From assembly GCF_001194135.2 (NCBI RefSeq), contig NC_068984.1, positions 111,560,301-111,624,300 of the forward strand: a DNA stretch of 64,000 nt, given 5' to 3'. The first letter of the stretch is position 1. Each line of letters starts with the position of its first letter. The position numbers and the translations under genes are program-made. The notes below the pieces were generated by a model. That model was not told where the DNA came from and made no database searches. It saw only the letters and a list, made by a program, of their open reading frames with translations. Source of the stretch: Octopus bimaculoides (Eukaryota). This document shows, one piece after another, positions 24,423 through 36,545 of this stretch.

Positions 24423-25714
24423 GTGTGTGGGGGGTATACATACACATGTATACACATACACACATATATATGTATATGCATATATATTCTATATGCATGT
24501 GTAAGCATACACATTTATCTCTTCTCTCTCTCTCTCTCTCTCACTCCATATATATATATATTCTATAAGCATAGTATATAGATTATATATGTATGTCTAA
24601 ACATGTGGATTATTTTATATATTGTGCATGTATGTGGTGTGCATGGTACAATCAACAAATAATTTGACAAAGGGAAATATAAAAATTTAAAAAATTAAAG
24701 AATTTAAAGAATAGGTAATAACCGTTTCGCTTTCTATAAAAGACTTTCCAACGTAGATTATTGGCAAGTAGACTTGCATGTTCTCAAAAATTAAAGCTTG
24801 ATGACGATGATGATGATGACAACGACAGTAATAAGAATAATGAACATCAGAGCATATCTTGCAGGTAAAATAGCCACTGCAATCATCAGTAAAAACCACA
24901 AGAACCATGATATGCTTCTGCGCATAACGCAAGCATATATACACATACGCATAGATACACACATACATGTATACACATAAGCATATACATACATACATAT
25001 ATACATACATACATGTATAATGCATACATACATTAATACATATATACATATATACATGCTATATCAAAGTCCCTTAGAACATCATGTAAAACAGATCAAA
25101 AAAATGAACAACTAGAAGGGAAAAGTAATATATTTATGTACGTATGTGTGTGTTTGTATATATGTGTGAGCATGTGCACATATACATACATGCACACACA
25201 CTCACACACATACACACGCAAATATAGTTATGTGTGTGTGTGTGTGTGTATGAAGAACGGGAACATGAAGGAAATGATAGAATTCAAAAAAGAGTAACAA
25301 AACGGGGAAAGAAATAGGGTTCTTAGTGAAAATGAAATTTGACTTTGTTTCACGTTAACCAATGATAGGAATGAGAAAATTTACGCATACATATGATATA
25401 CACTTGCACATACACACTTATACATATATACACACACATGCACATATTCCAATTCATGCACATTTATACTTATCTATAGATATACACATATACGCTTAAC
25501 AATCACATATACTCACTCATGCTGATGAAGTGAAAATGTGTATAAGATTACGTGAAGGACTTATGAAGTTTTACACATAATATATTGGTGCTTCACTAAA
25601 TTTCATGCAAGAACACTGAAACGTTTATTATTATTATTGTTATGCATATATACAAGCTTGCTTACATATATACATGCTTATATCAGTGTTTATGTATAAA
25701 ATTAAGTAAATATG

Positions 25715-25754
<40 letters not shown>

Positions 25755-25818
25755 TTATAGGAGACAAGCACTTTCACAGATATGTATACACATGACAGAA
25801 ACTTCCACTTACCAAATT

Positions 25819-25853
<35 letters not shown>

Positions 25854-26101
25854 TAGATAGATAGATAGATAGATATATATATTATATATTTAATATATAT
25901 TATATATATGTATATACATACACATACATGCTTATAGGTATATATATATGTGTGTGTGTGTGTGTATATATGTACATACACACACATACACACACACACA
26001 CGCACACACACATATATATGTATATACTCTCATATATATTTATAGTATATAGATATATAAATATGCATGTGTGTGTATATAAATACACACATAAATATAT
26101 A

Positions 26102-26198
<97 letters not shown>

Positions 26199-26254
26199 GC
26201 ACACACACATAAATATATATATATACATGCATACATTCATACATATATCTGTAG

Positions 26255-26338
26255 ATGCGAGGTCTCATAATAGCTTTAATGTTGACTTGGACTCATTCTT
26301 CTTTAATGTGAAAGCTCCCGAAACTTAGATACAAAATG
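26255..26338 (+). other. Candidate non-coding (5' UTR) exon ending in ATG
   Basis: atctgtag| acceptor and aaaATG|gtaaga donor; all three frames are closed internally. Confidence 0.25.
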
Positions 26339-26692
26339 GTAAGAGGCAGAGATGTGGTGGACGACAAGAGGCAAAGACTGAGATAAGGTCTGGGTGAGGG
26401 AAATGCAGTGCTTTCATTCAGCATAGCAAAGAAGAAAAACAAAACAAAGCTAAACAGAGAAGGAAACAAATAAGCCCCATGATCTTGTGTAGGATAAACC
26501 AAAACAAAAAGTAATAAAAAATCATCATCATTGGCCCACCCCGAGAGGTGGTTGTAGTAATAGTCATAGCAATAACGGTGGTGGTAATGGTGGATGGTGG
26601 TGGTGATGGTTTTGGTAGAGGAGGTAGGAAGAGATATGACTGACAAGTGATCAAACATTGGAATTTAAGAAATAATACATTTACACACATAC

Positions 26693-26759
<67 letters not shown>

Positions 26760-26994
26760 AATATATATAGATAGATAGACATACACATACTATGTGCTGT
26801 GTTCGAAATTTACTTTCTTGTCAGTTAAACACACACACATATTTTTATGTGTATGTGTGTGTGTATGCATGTATGTATATATGTATGTATATGTATAAAG
26901 AATATAATGGACAAAGAGAACTAAACCTGAATATCCTAACATAGATACACAAACAAATTTGCATATATATATGTATATAAATATACACACATTG

Positions 26995-27025
<31 letters not shown>

Positions 27026-27727
27026 GCGTTTGTAGATATGTGTATATATATGTATATGCGTTTGTAGATATGTGTATATATGTACATAAATACATACATA
27101 TATATATGTTTGCAAGTATGTATATAAAATGATTTAAATGCAAAAAATAAAAATAACAGAATCCAAACAATAATGAAATGAATCTTAAAAAGACCTAATA
27201 AAACAAGCATATAATATGAAAAAAAAAAATGAAAACACAAACAAAAAAAATATTAAAAGTGATATTAACTCCCTAGAGATCAGACATTTAAGACCCTTAT
27301 GTTGATCAAGATGTCAAGCAAAAATAATTAATTGAAGTTCATAATGAACCAGTAACGAGGAGGTGGAAAGGCTTTTATTTTGTGTTTCAAGTGTGCATCA
27401 TGGTTTATGTATATGTGTATGCAGATATGTGTGTGTATATATATATATATGTGTGTGTTTTTGCAAATATATGTGCATAGGTGCATTTATTAGTGTGCTC
27501 ATTTATGTATGTGTGTGAATGTGTATATTAGTGTGTGTATCTGTATGTATATATGAGTGGAGTCAAGTTGAGTGAGTCTGTGCAAAATGTGTGTGTGCCA
27601 TACTCCAAATAGTTTTATTTATATATTTATTTTTGTTGCTCAACTTTCCTTGATAACTTGCCAAATATATGCCAAAATATTCACTCTTTACCTTAAAAGA
27701 AGGTAATACATGTGTATATGTATGTAC

Positions 27728-27789
<62 letters not shown>

Positions 27790-27850
27790 NNNNNNNNNNN
27801 NNTGTATATATATATATATATATATATATATGTGCGCATAGATATATGTG

Positions 27851-27881
<31 letters not shown>

Positions 27882-29061
27882 ACACACACATATATATTTA
27901 CACACGTACTGATGTATACATATATTTATATACATATACACACATACATAGATATATGTAAAATATATGTAACTTTTATATCAATAAATAAGTTTACTAA
28001 AACAAAGGTAACAAAAAATTAAAACAAAATTAACAATAAACATGCATACACACATACACACACAGATACACAGACGATTACACACACACACACACACAAG
28101 CTACTATACAATACATACATAGAAATTTCACAATAAAAATGAAAAATAAATCTATGAAAATTTATGGATATTAAAAATTAATTAACTCATGTATTATTGT
28201 TGTTGTTGTTGTTGTTATCATTATTGTTTTTTTTTTTTGTTGATTTTGTTTCATTTCTCCAATATATTTATTTTACATCTCATTTTAATGGCTTATAAGA
28301 GTAATAAATTTGTTAAGTTTAAAATGTTATTTGGCTTTTAACATTAAATGTTAAATGCTTGTTTAACTGAAAGAAATCTANNNNNNNNNNNNNNNNNNNN
28401 NNNNNNNNNNNNNNNNNNNNNNNNNNNNNNNNNNNNNNNNNNNNNNNNNNNNNNNNNNNNNNNNNNNNNNNNNNNNNNNNNNNNNNNNNNNNNNNNNNNN
28501 NNNNNNNNNNNNNNNNNNNNNNNNNNNNNNNNNNNNNNNNNNNNNNNNNNNNNNNNNNNNNNNNNNNNNNNNNNNNNNNNNNNNNNNNNNNNNNNNNNNN
28601 NNNNNNNNNNNNNNNNNNNNNNNNNNNNNNNNNNNNNNNNNNNNNNNNNNNNNNNNNNNNNNNNNNNNNNNNNNNNNNNNNNNNNNNNNNNNNNNNNNNN
28701 NNNNNNNNNNNNNNNNNNNNNNNNNNNNNNNNNNNNNNNNNNNNNNNNNNNNNNNNNNNNNNNNNNNNNNNNNNNNNNNNNNNNNNNNNNNNNNNNNNNN
28801 NNNNNNNNNNNNNNNNNNNNNNNNNNNNNNNNNNNNNNNNNNNNNNNNNNNNNNNNNNNNNNNNNNNNNNNNNNNNNNNNNNNNNNNNNNNNNNNNNNNN
28901 NNNNNNNNNNNNNNNNNNNNNNNNNNNNNNNNNNNNNNNNNNNNNNNNNNNNNNNNNNNNNNNNNNNNNNNNNNNNNNNNNNNNNNNNNNNNNNNNNNNN
29001 NNNNNNNNNNNNNNNNNNNNNNNNNNNNNNNNNNNNNNNNNNNNNNNNNNNNNNNNNNNNN

Positions 29062-29835
29062 TGAATGTTTTTTAACATGTTACCTGCACAAGTGCCAGTA
29101 AGGTGACGCTGGTAACGATCACGCTTAAATGGTGCTATTTACATGCCACTGGCATGGAAGCCAGTCAGCTGCTCTGGCAATGATCATGCTCGGACAGTGC
29201 TGTTAGTGCTCCAGTGGCACGAGTGCCAGTCATCGAATATGGTTCAATTACGATTTCGATTTCACTTGCCTCNNNNNNNNNNACGCCAACCACTCCAAGA
29301 GTGTAGTGGGTGCTTTTACGTGCCACTAGCACGAGGGCCAGTCAGGTGGTACTGGCGATGGCCATGCTCAAAATGGTGTTTTTTTACGTGCTGCCTGCAC
29401 AGGAGCCAGTCCAGCGGCACTGGCAATGACCTCGCTTGAATGTTTTTTAACATGTTACCTGCACAAGTGCCAGTAAGGTGACGCTGGTAACGATCACGCT
29501 TAAATGGTGCTATTTACATGCCACTGGCATGGAAGCCAGTCAGCTGCTCTGGCAATGATCATGCTCGGACAGTGCTGTTAGTGCTCCAGTGGCACGAGTG
29601 CCAGTCATCGAATATGGTTCAATTACGATTTCGATTTCACTTGCCTCAACAGGTCTTCGCAAGCAGAGTTTAGTGTCCAATGAAGTAAAGATTCATATGT
29701 ATTGCTGATATGTTGTGCTTAAGAAAACCGTCAAGCCAAGTAAAATCGTAGTTGTGACCGGTGCTGGTGTCACATAACTAGCACCCATGCCAAAGGCATG
29801 TAAAACGCACTTTTCAAGCACTGGACCTCACAGAA
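29062..29835 (-). mobile_element. RTE LINE 3' UTR with a duplicated 210-bp block between gaps
   Basis: 29062-29272 is identical to about 29438-29647; same family as 2069-2643. Confidence 0.85.
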
Positions 29836-30170
29836 TCAAGGTGACCGATGCCACATAAATTTTTATACGCATATATATTTAAACATATATAAATCTATTT
29901 TTAGATTTTTATATGTATTCATATTTATATTCCGTATATTTATGTTTTAAACTTTTAAATTTATTATGTTACCATGTTATGTTGGATGTATATCTTTCAA
30001 AATATTAAATATTGATTTCCTGAATATATTATTGATGAGTTCTACGAATTTATTAATGATATAAAAACACATATATACACATTTATTTGCTCAAGATAAT
30101 TGAGCACTGAACATAAGTTCCGTTATATATTCTTTTAGAATATTTCTTTTAGAATATTACTTATAAAAGT

Positions 30171-30217
<47 letters not shown>

Positions 30218-30515
30218 NNNNNNNNNNNNNNNNNNNNNNNNNNNNNNNNNNNNNNNNNNNNNNNNNNNNNNNNNNNNNNNNNNNNNNNNNNNNNNNNNNN
30301 NNNNNNNNNNNNNNNNNNNNNNNNNNNNNNNNNNNNNNNNNNNNNNNNNNNNCTTGTGTTTCTACAAAAATATTGAGATGAGTGTATATAATCATTTATA
30401 CTTATGTGTATGCTCATATATACACACAAACAAATCCACATTTACTCCCATAAGTTCATGTATGTATATTTATATACATACCCACGTCAAAACTCACACT
30501 CATATATACATACGA

Positions 30516-30552
<37 letters not shown>

Positions 30553-30737
30553 AATACATACACATATATATATATATATATATGCATATATATCCGTATG
30601 CCTATGCATACACATACATATAAACACACGTACACATACATACACATACATACACAAACATATAAATATGTAAACCTTCTCCAACTATAGTTATCATACT
30701 CGGTCATAATGTCTTACGTTTAAGATGGTTCCCATAC

Positions 30738-30820
30738 ATTCCCTGAGGAGAAGTTTACATTTTTAACATCGATTCCTATGGATCGCATAAATTGTAATTC
30801 TTCGAAACATATGTCGGAAT
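30738..30820 (+). ncRNA. Type I hammerhead ribozyme with extended stem II
   Basis: attcc-CTGAGGA-gaag...cttc-GAAA-catatg-TC^-ggaat. All core bases are canonical and G10.1-C11.1 is intact; predicted cleavage after C30815. Confidence 0.8.
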
Positions 30821-30877
30821 AAAGTATGCAGTTATAACATGCGTTTACTCCATTCCTTAAATTTTTATATATATATA

Positions 30878-31005
30878 TGGGCTTCTTTTAGTTTCTGTCT
30901 ACCAAATCCATTCACAAGGCTCTGGTCGACCCAAGGCTAGAGAAGAAGACACTTGCTCTAGGTGACACGCAGTGGGACTGAACCCTGAACCATCTAGCTG
31001 CAAAA
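30878..31005 (-). mobile_element. SINE family A, partial
   Basis: gggcttcttttagtttctgtctaccaaatcc. Confidence 0.75.
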
Positions 31006-31574
31006 GGACCACAATATGTAGCAAAGAGAAGTGGTTGTGCCTGATGCCTTTCAACAACCCTCAGTTATGACCGAGGTTTGTCAAAGCATATTCATTCATT
31101 CATTGAAAGGTTTATCTTTATATTTTGCTTTGTGGAAAAATAATAAGGTTGTATTGGTTGGTTTTCCAGAACTTCTTTTAGTTATTGTAGACATGTGACC
31201 ATATTTCAATTAATCAGATTTTATCTAAAGCGATAATTATCTTATGTTTATTTGACTCCTAGAAATGGGATCAAAATTCATGCTCTTATTGGTAATGTTG
31301 ATGCCCTGTAGCTAATCTGTACCAGTCAAGCCTTCCTCACGACACCCATCCCTCCTTTACTCTTCTAACTATCGCACTTTTCTTCAGCTGCTATAATTTG
31401 TATAAGAGCAGAACTGCATGTATTTCATTCACCCCTTTTGAGTTACCAGATATCCTTGTCTGTGGAACCACACCCCTTTGCTATTAATGCTACACCCTAA
31501 CACCATCCCTTACCCTTTTATTTCCACTGAAAGGTCCTTCCCCTGAAATTCCTCTCATATCTGCCATCGAAGTA

Positions 31575-31800
31575 CCATGGTAGATGCATGCATTGTGCTC
31601 TTGAGCAAAACACTTCATTTCACATTGCTGCTCCAGTCCACTCAGCATTAAATGAGTAACTCTGCAATAGACTAGCATCCTGTACAGGAGGAATATCATG
31701 ATCTCAATCAATTATGTGCCATAGGCCTGTTCCCCTAGCCAGCAATGTGGCATCATTTGAAAGCTACAACAACAATACAAAGAAGCGCATCACTGCCTAA
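31575..31800 (+). mobile_element. SINE family E variant
   Basis: gcattgtgctcttgagcaaaacacttcatttcac...aatgagtaac. Confidence 0.65.
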
Positions 31801-32013
31801 CTATTGTTGTCCAAATAAACTGAAATGTAGTTATCTTCCTCCTCCTCCTCCTTTTCCAGTAGTGTACAATAACATCCGATAGTCTGTTTAGTACAGCACT
31901 ACAATGATTACTATTACGTTTTGGATGTCATATTTGTATTTTCCTTCTTATTTTTCTATTTTTCGTTTTTTCCTTCTTCATCTATCCATTCATCTATCTA
32001 TCTCTCTATCCAG

Positions 32014-32094
32014 ACAAGTAAAACAAACACTTCTCAAGAGAATGGATTACATAAGCGATACAATGGCTTCTCTCCAATTATCGGCAAAACATAA
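32014..32094 (+). CDS. Candidate terminal coding exon (TSKTNTSQENGLHKRYNGFSPIIGKT*)
   Basis: Pyrimidine-rich acceptor ctctctatccag| and an open frame to TAA; no homology recognised. Confidence 0.2.
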   Translation, partial: TSKTNTSQENGLHKRYNGFSPIIGKT

Positions 32095-32384
32095 ACCATT
32101 TCAATCCATTTGTATTTTCCCTAATTTCTTTCTCTTTGTTTTTATCTCATATTCTTTTTGTTATTTATTCTTAGTGTTTTTTTTCTTCTGTCCATATTTT
32201 TTTTTATTGGGATGATGTAGATAGATTAATATATATATCAAGAAACTTAATCTATTAAAGTAAGTAAAGTATTGAAAATTGAAGATAAATCTGTCCTTCA
32301 AACATCCACCTCTATTCCATGGTTTTCAAAAAATGTCTTACTATGGATTCATGTCTACAGAGGTATTTAATATTTTGAACATTG

Positions 32385-32820
32385 AATGATATGCTGTGCT
32401 TGAGAACACTCATCAAGCCAAGTGAAATCATAGTTGTGGCTGATGCCAGTGCCGTGTGACTGGCACTTGTGCTGGTAGGACACAAAAGGCAGTGTTCGAA
32501 CTTTGGGTCTCACAGAGGCAGTGACAAGTGACCGAGACCCTTGGTGATATACCATGCTTGAGCAGACTTGTCAAGCCATGTGAGATTGTAATCATGGCTA
32601 ATGCCAGTGTCACGCAGCTGGCATCTATGCCAGTGGCACGTAAAAAGCACCCATTACACTCTTGGAGTGGTTGGCATTAGGGAGGCATCCAGCTGTAGAA
32701 ACTCTGCCAAATCAGATTGAAACCTGGTGCAGCACCCCAGCTTACCAGTTTTCAGTCAAATCATCTAATCCATTCCTGCATGGAAAACGGACGTTAAATG
32801 ATGATGATGATAATGATGAC
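32385..32820 (+). mobile_element. RTE LINE 3' UTR
   Basis: Ends in (gat)n; same family as 2069-2643. Confidence 0.85.
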
Positions 32821-32849
32821 ATCTTGTTTTTATATTGTAGGGCCAGGTT

Positions 32850-33115
32850 CCAATATATGAACCAGAGGTGCTATAGAAAAAATGTCATTTGAATGGCAAT
32901 GCTCCTTGTAGTGTAAGAAGGAAGGCAATCTTCAGACTTCATAGATATTGTTGTTGCTTGAGACACAGTAGCGGAACATCTCCATTTCTTTCCTTTCTTC
33001 ATGATTCTTAGAGCCACATTGACTACTGGAACTATTTTGGTCTTCATGTTTCGAATTTATTTTTTATTCTGTAAATTTAAAGTTCTTTAAATATTTTATT
33101 AATTATATAATGTTG

Positions 33116-33175
<60 letters not shown>

Positions 33176-33990
33176 ATTTATCCAATATCCAAAATAAAAG
33201 CGGAAAAAGAGGAACAAGGATATAAAAATAAAAATAGACAAACAAAAAAAAAAGAAAAGAGGAACAAAACATCAGTGCCACAATTGGTTGCACATCACAA
33301 GGTTCGACAGAACCTACTGAAACAAGCTAACATACTTGCAGCATTACCACAGGCAATGGTGAGACTAAGGTGTTGGAACAGCCAAGCACCCACATGGCCA
33401 TCACCTGTCACCTCGGTAAGGCAAGCCACTAACAGTGGCAAAATCTTTGCAGTTAGTGGCCGAGCCCCTCCAAACATCTCAAACACCACAGGCTGAAAGA
33501 GATACTTCACTGACAGGTCCCGATACTTCAGGATTTTATTCCATTTAACTGTGTTAATTTTCAATCTGCAATTCTATGTATTTGGTCAGCTTCTCTGTAG
33601 CTCACATACAAGTATATCAATATTGATAAGTATGCACCTTCTATTCTTCCTGTCTTAGATAACAATGTCAAGCTCATTAGCTTTTATTCCTCAATCCATG
33701 TGAATGGGTATGTCCTAGAGAATGGTAAAACTGTTGCTCTCAGTGATTATGTCTGTTTGAAAATCGTACCAATATCCAGCCATCTTGTTCTCATAATACC
33801 TGCATAATTTCCAGTGCTTGTTATACCTGGTAAAATACTCAGTCTTCCCCAATTCTTGGCAGCCAAAGACAACGTAGTCAATGACAACTTCATATTTTCT
33901 ACAGATTCAGCATTGTCTGTACCATCCTTGCTGATGAAATGGTGATAGGATATAGTTCTGAGATTCTATACTTGTGTTGTGATTACTACT
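32850..33990 (-). mobile_element. R4/Dong-like LINE relic split by a nested insertion
   Basis: C*ICRKYEVVIDYVVFGC...HWKLC...IL*DIPIH...ANELDIVI...EKLTKY (33560-33960), resuming as NMKTKIVPVV...IYEV (32900-33055). Confidence 0.8.
33060..33535 (-). mobile_element. CRE-like non-LTR retrotransposon 3' end
   Basis: KILKYRDL...YLFQPVVFEMFG...EVTGDGHVGAWLFQHLSLTIACGNAASML*, then a T-rich UTR, (TA)n and an A-rich tail. Confidence 0.7.
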
Positions 33991-34186
33991 ACTACTACTA
34001 CTACAAATAATAATAATAATACTGCTGCTACTATCCTAGGATGGTCAATATTTGCCTTACACATATGTGACTGTGTGTATGTATATATACACACACACAC
34101 ATATATATTTACCTATATACACTCACTCTCACAAGTACATATATATATATAAATACATACAAATATCTATGAATACATGCATATAC

Positions 34187-34223
<37 letters not shown>

Positions 34224-34659
34224 CATATATNNNNNNNNNNNNNNNNNNNNNNNNNNNNNNNNNNNNNNNNNNNNNNNNNNNNNNNNNNNNNNNNNNNNNN
34301 NNNNNNNNNNNNNNNNNNNNNNNNNNNNNNNNNNNNNNNNNNNNNNNNNNNNNNNNNNNNNNNNNNNNNNNNNNNNNNNNNNNNNNNNNNNNNNNNNNAT
34401 ATGTATGTATGTATGTATGTATATAACATCATTATCATTGTTATTACTAGTATTCCTACAACTATTTATTTATATTAGATTTGCTTTTGTTTTATTTTGT
34501 TTTGTTTTGTTTGGAAATCTATTTTTGTTGCATTGAAGGAATTGATTAGAAACAGTGGTCAGAGCGAATCTGATCTGTCTCAAAACAATAGACACTCAAT
34601 CAGATTGAGAGGAACCATACAACCTTCCATGTGTTTTATACATACCACAGACACATGCC

Positions 34660-34731
<72 letters not shown>

Positions 34732-34732
34732 C

Positions 34733-35195
34733 ATGAGGGGGTACTGAAAAGTTCCTGGTTTTAAGGGTATCATGAAATGCCTGGTTGAAGGCCCAGCTTT
34801 CCGAGTTCTTTTCCAGGGCTTAGAAAAACTGAAGGACCACTGCAATAAGTGTGTGTGAATCTGAGAAGGGAATATGTTGAATAAAATCATAATTAACTAT
34901 TCCTCCTATATTTTCTTTTGCCCAAAGCTAAGGAACATTTCAGCACTCCATCATGTGTGTGTGTGTGTGTGTATGAGGTGGGGCTGAAAAGTTCTTGGTT
35001 TTTAGGGTGTCACAAAAGACTTGGTTGAAGGCCCAACCTTCCGTGTAGTTTATACAGGGCTTAGAAAAACTGAAGGACCACTGCAATAAGTGTGTGTGAA
35101 TCTGAGAGGGGAATATATTGAATAAAATCATAATTAACTGATCGTCCTATATTTTCTTTTACCCAAAGCCAGGATACTTTTTAGCACCCCACCTC
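34733..35195 (+). mobile_element. Two tandem ~220-bp mariner-derived MITEs
   Basis: Terminal inverted repeats gaggg(g)gtactgaaaagttcctgg / ggaacatttcagcactcc; the interior encodes a mariner C-terminus (GLEKLKDHCNKCV..RGEY). Confidence 0.8.
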
Positions 35196-35536
35196 CATAT
35201 ATATACCTATATATTTATATATACTTTTTTCCTTAAGGAGAAATTTTTTTATATATGATGAACTCTCTTGATTCTCTCCCTTCCTCCACATTTGAATTAG
35301 CTTTTAGTTTACGACTTCAGTTTACTTTACTGTGATCCATTTTGCCCTCCTCCCCCACCCATTTTAATCATTTAATTTAAACCTTTAGTATTGCGTTTAC
35401 AGCCCCCCTCCTGTTATAACTCTATGTAAACCAGCGTTCTTACTTCTAATGGTCACTTACTTGGCCATATAATATTATATTATTATAACTCGTAAGTAAC
35501 CTTATCATTTCACATTTGTCTTGCTTCTATATGTTG

Positions 35537-35625
35537 GTTCCCTGACGATGAATATATGTGGAATTCCAGCAGCTCTTACTTCTTTGGAGTAGTGTGCACA
35601 TATATTTTGAAACATATGTAGGAAT
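35537..35625 (+). ncRNA. Type I hammerhead motif with extended stem II, same family as 30738
   Basis: gttcc-CTGACGA-tg-aatatatgtg...cacatatatt-tt-GAAA-catatg-TA^-ggaat. Confidence 0.7.
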
Positions 35626-35672
35626 TAAAGGAACTTTTATTTATATGCGTTTTGCTCCATTTATTGTTATTG

Positions 35673-35715
<43 letters not shown>

Positions 35716-35717
<2 letters not shown>

Positions 35718-35878
35718 GACAGGCTTCTTTCAGTTTCTGTCTACCAAATCCACTCACAATGCTTTGGTTGGCCCAAGGCTATAGTAGAAGAAACTTGACC
35801 AAGGTACCATGCAGTGGAACTGAACCCGGAACCATGTGATTGGTAAGCAGGCTACTAATCACAGTCACTCCTGCGCCT
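35716..35878 (-). mobile_element. SINE family A, 5' part
   Basis: Reverse complement of the head; inverted relative to the copy at 36140-36300. Confidence 0.85.
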
Positions 35879-36139
35879 GTATATATTTTTCAAAAATAAA
35901 AACACACGAAGACAAGATGAAAAAACCATGAACAAGGATTTTAAGTTGACACTCAGGAAAAAATGGAAGAAGTTTTTAATGTTTGCAGTTTTTTCTTTTC
36001 TACAGAAAGGATACATGAGGAGGGATAAGGGATGGAAAGATACAAACAAATATGTTGCAGTTAAACAGTCAAGGTATGCTGACAGAAAATTATATATATA
36101 TATGTGTATAGCAATATGCACACACATATATATACTCAC

Positions 36140-36300
36140 TGCTAGGTGCAAGAGTGGCTGTGTGGTTAACAAGCTTGCTTCTAAACCATATGGTCTCAGT
36201 CTCACTCATGGCACTTTGGGTGTCTTCTACTACAACTCCAGGCCAACAAAAGACTTGTGAATGGTTTTGACAGATGGGAACTAAAAGAAGCCCATCTACA
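36140..36300 (+). mobile_element. SINE family A, 5' part
   Basis: ggtgcaagagtggctgtgtggttaac. Confidence 0.8.
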
Positions 36301-36545
36301 CACACACATATCGCTATATATATACATGTGTGTGCGTATTGTATGTATGTATGTCATTATTCAGTTGTATTTCAAGATCTTTTGCCAATAGAGAAATGGC
36401 TAGCTTCTAACCTAGATTCAAGGCTCCTTCATTGGAATTTCATCAACATCACCAGGGTATTTTTGAATGCACGATTTGTCTGTTTTGTTTTATGTATGAT
36501 GTTTTCTCATGCATATACTTGCATTTCTAGACATGGTCATATATA

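Noticed and set aside
17085-26420. Shared 17-mer aaatgYagtgctttcat at about 17085 and 26401
   Set aside because: A 16/17 match is expected by chance in this much AT-rich sequence, and it does not extend into the flanks.
29062-29272. Perfect 210-bp duplication of 29438-29647
   Set aside because: It is 100% identical and bounded by N gaps on both sides; most likely a scaffolding artefact.
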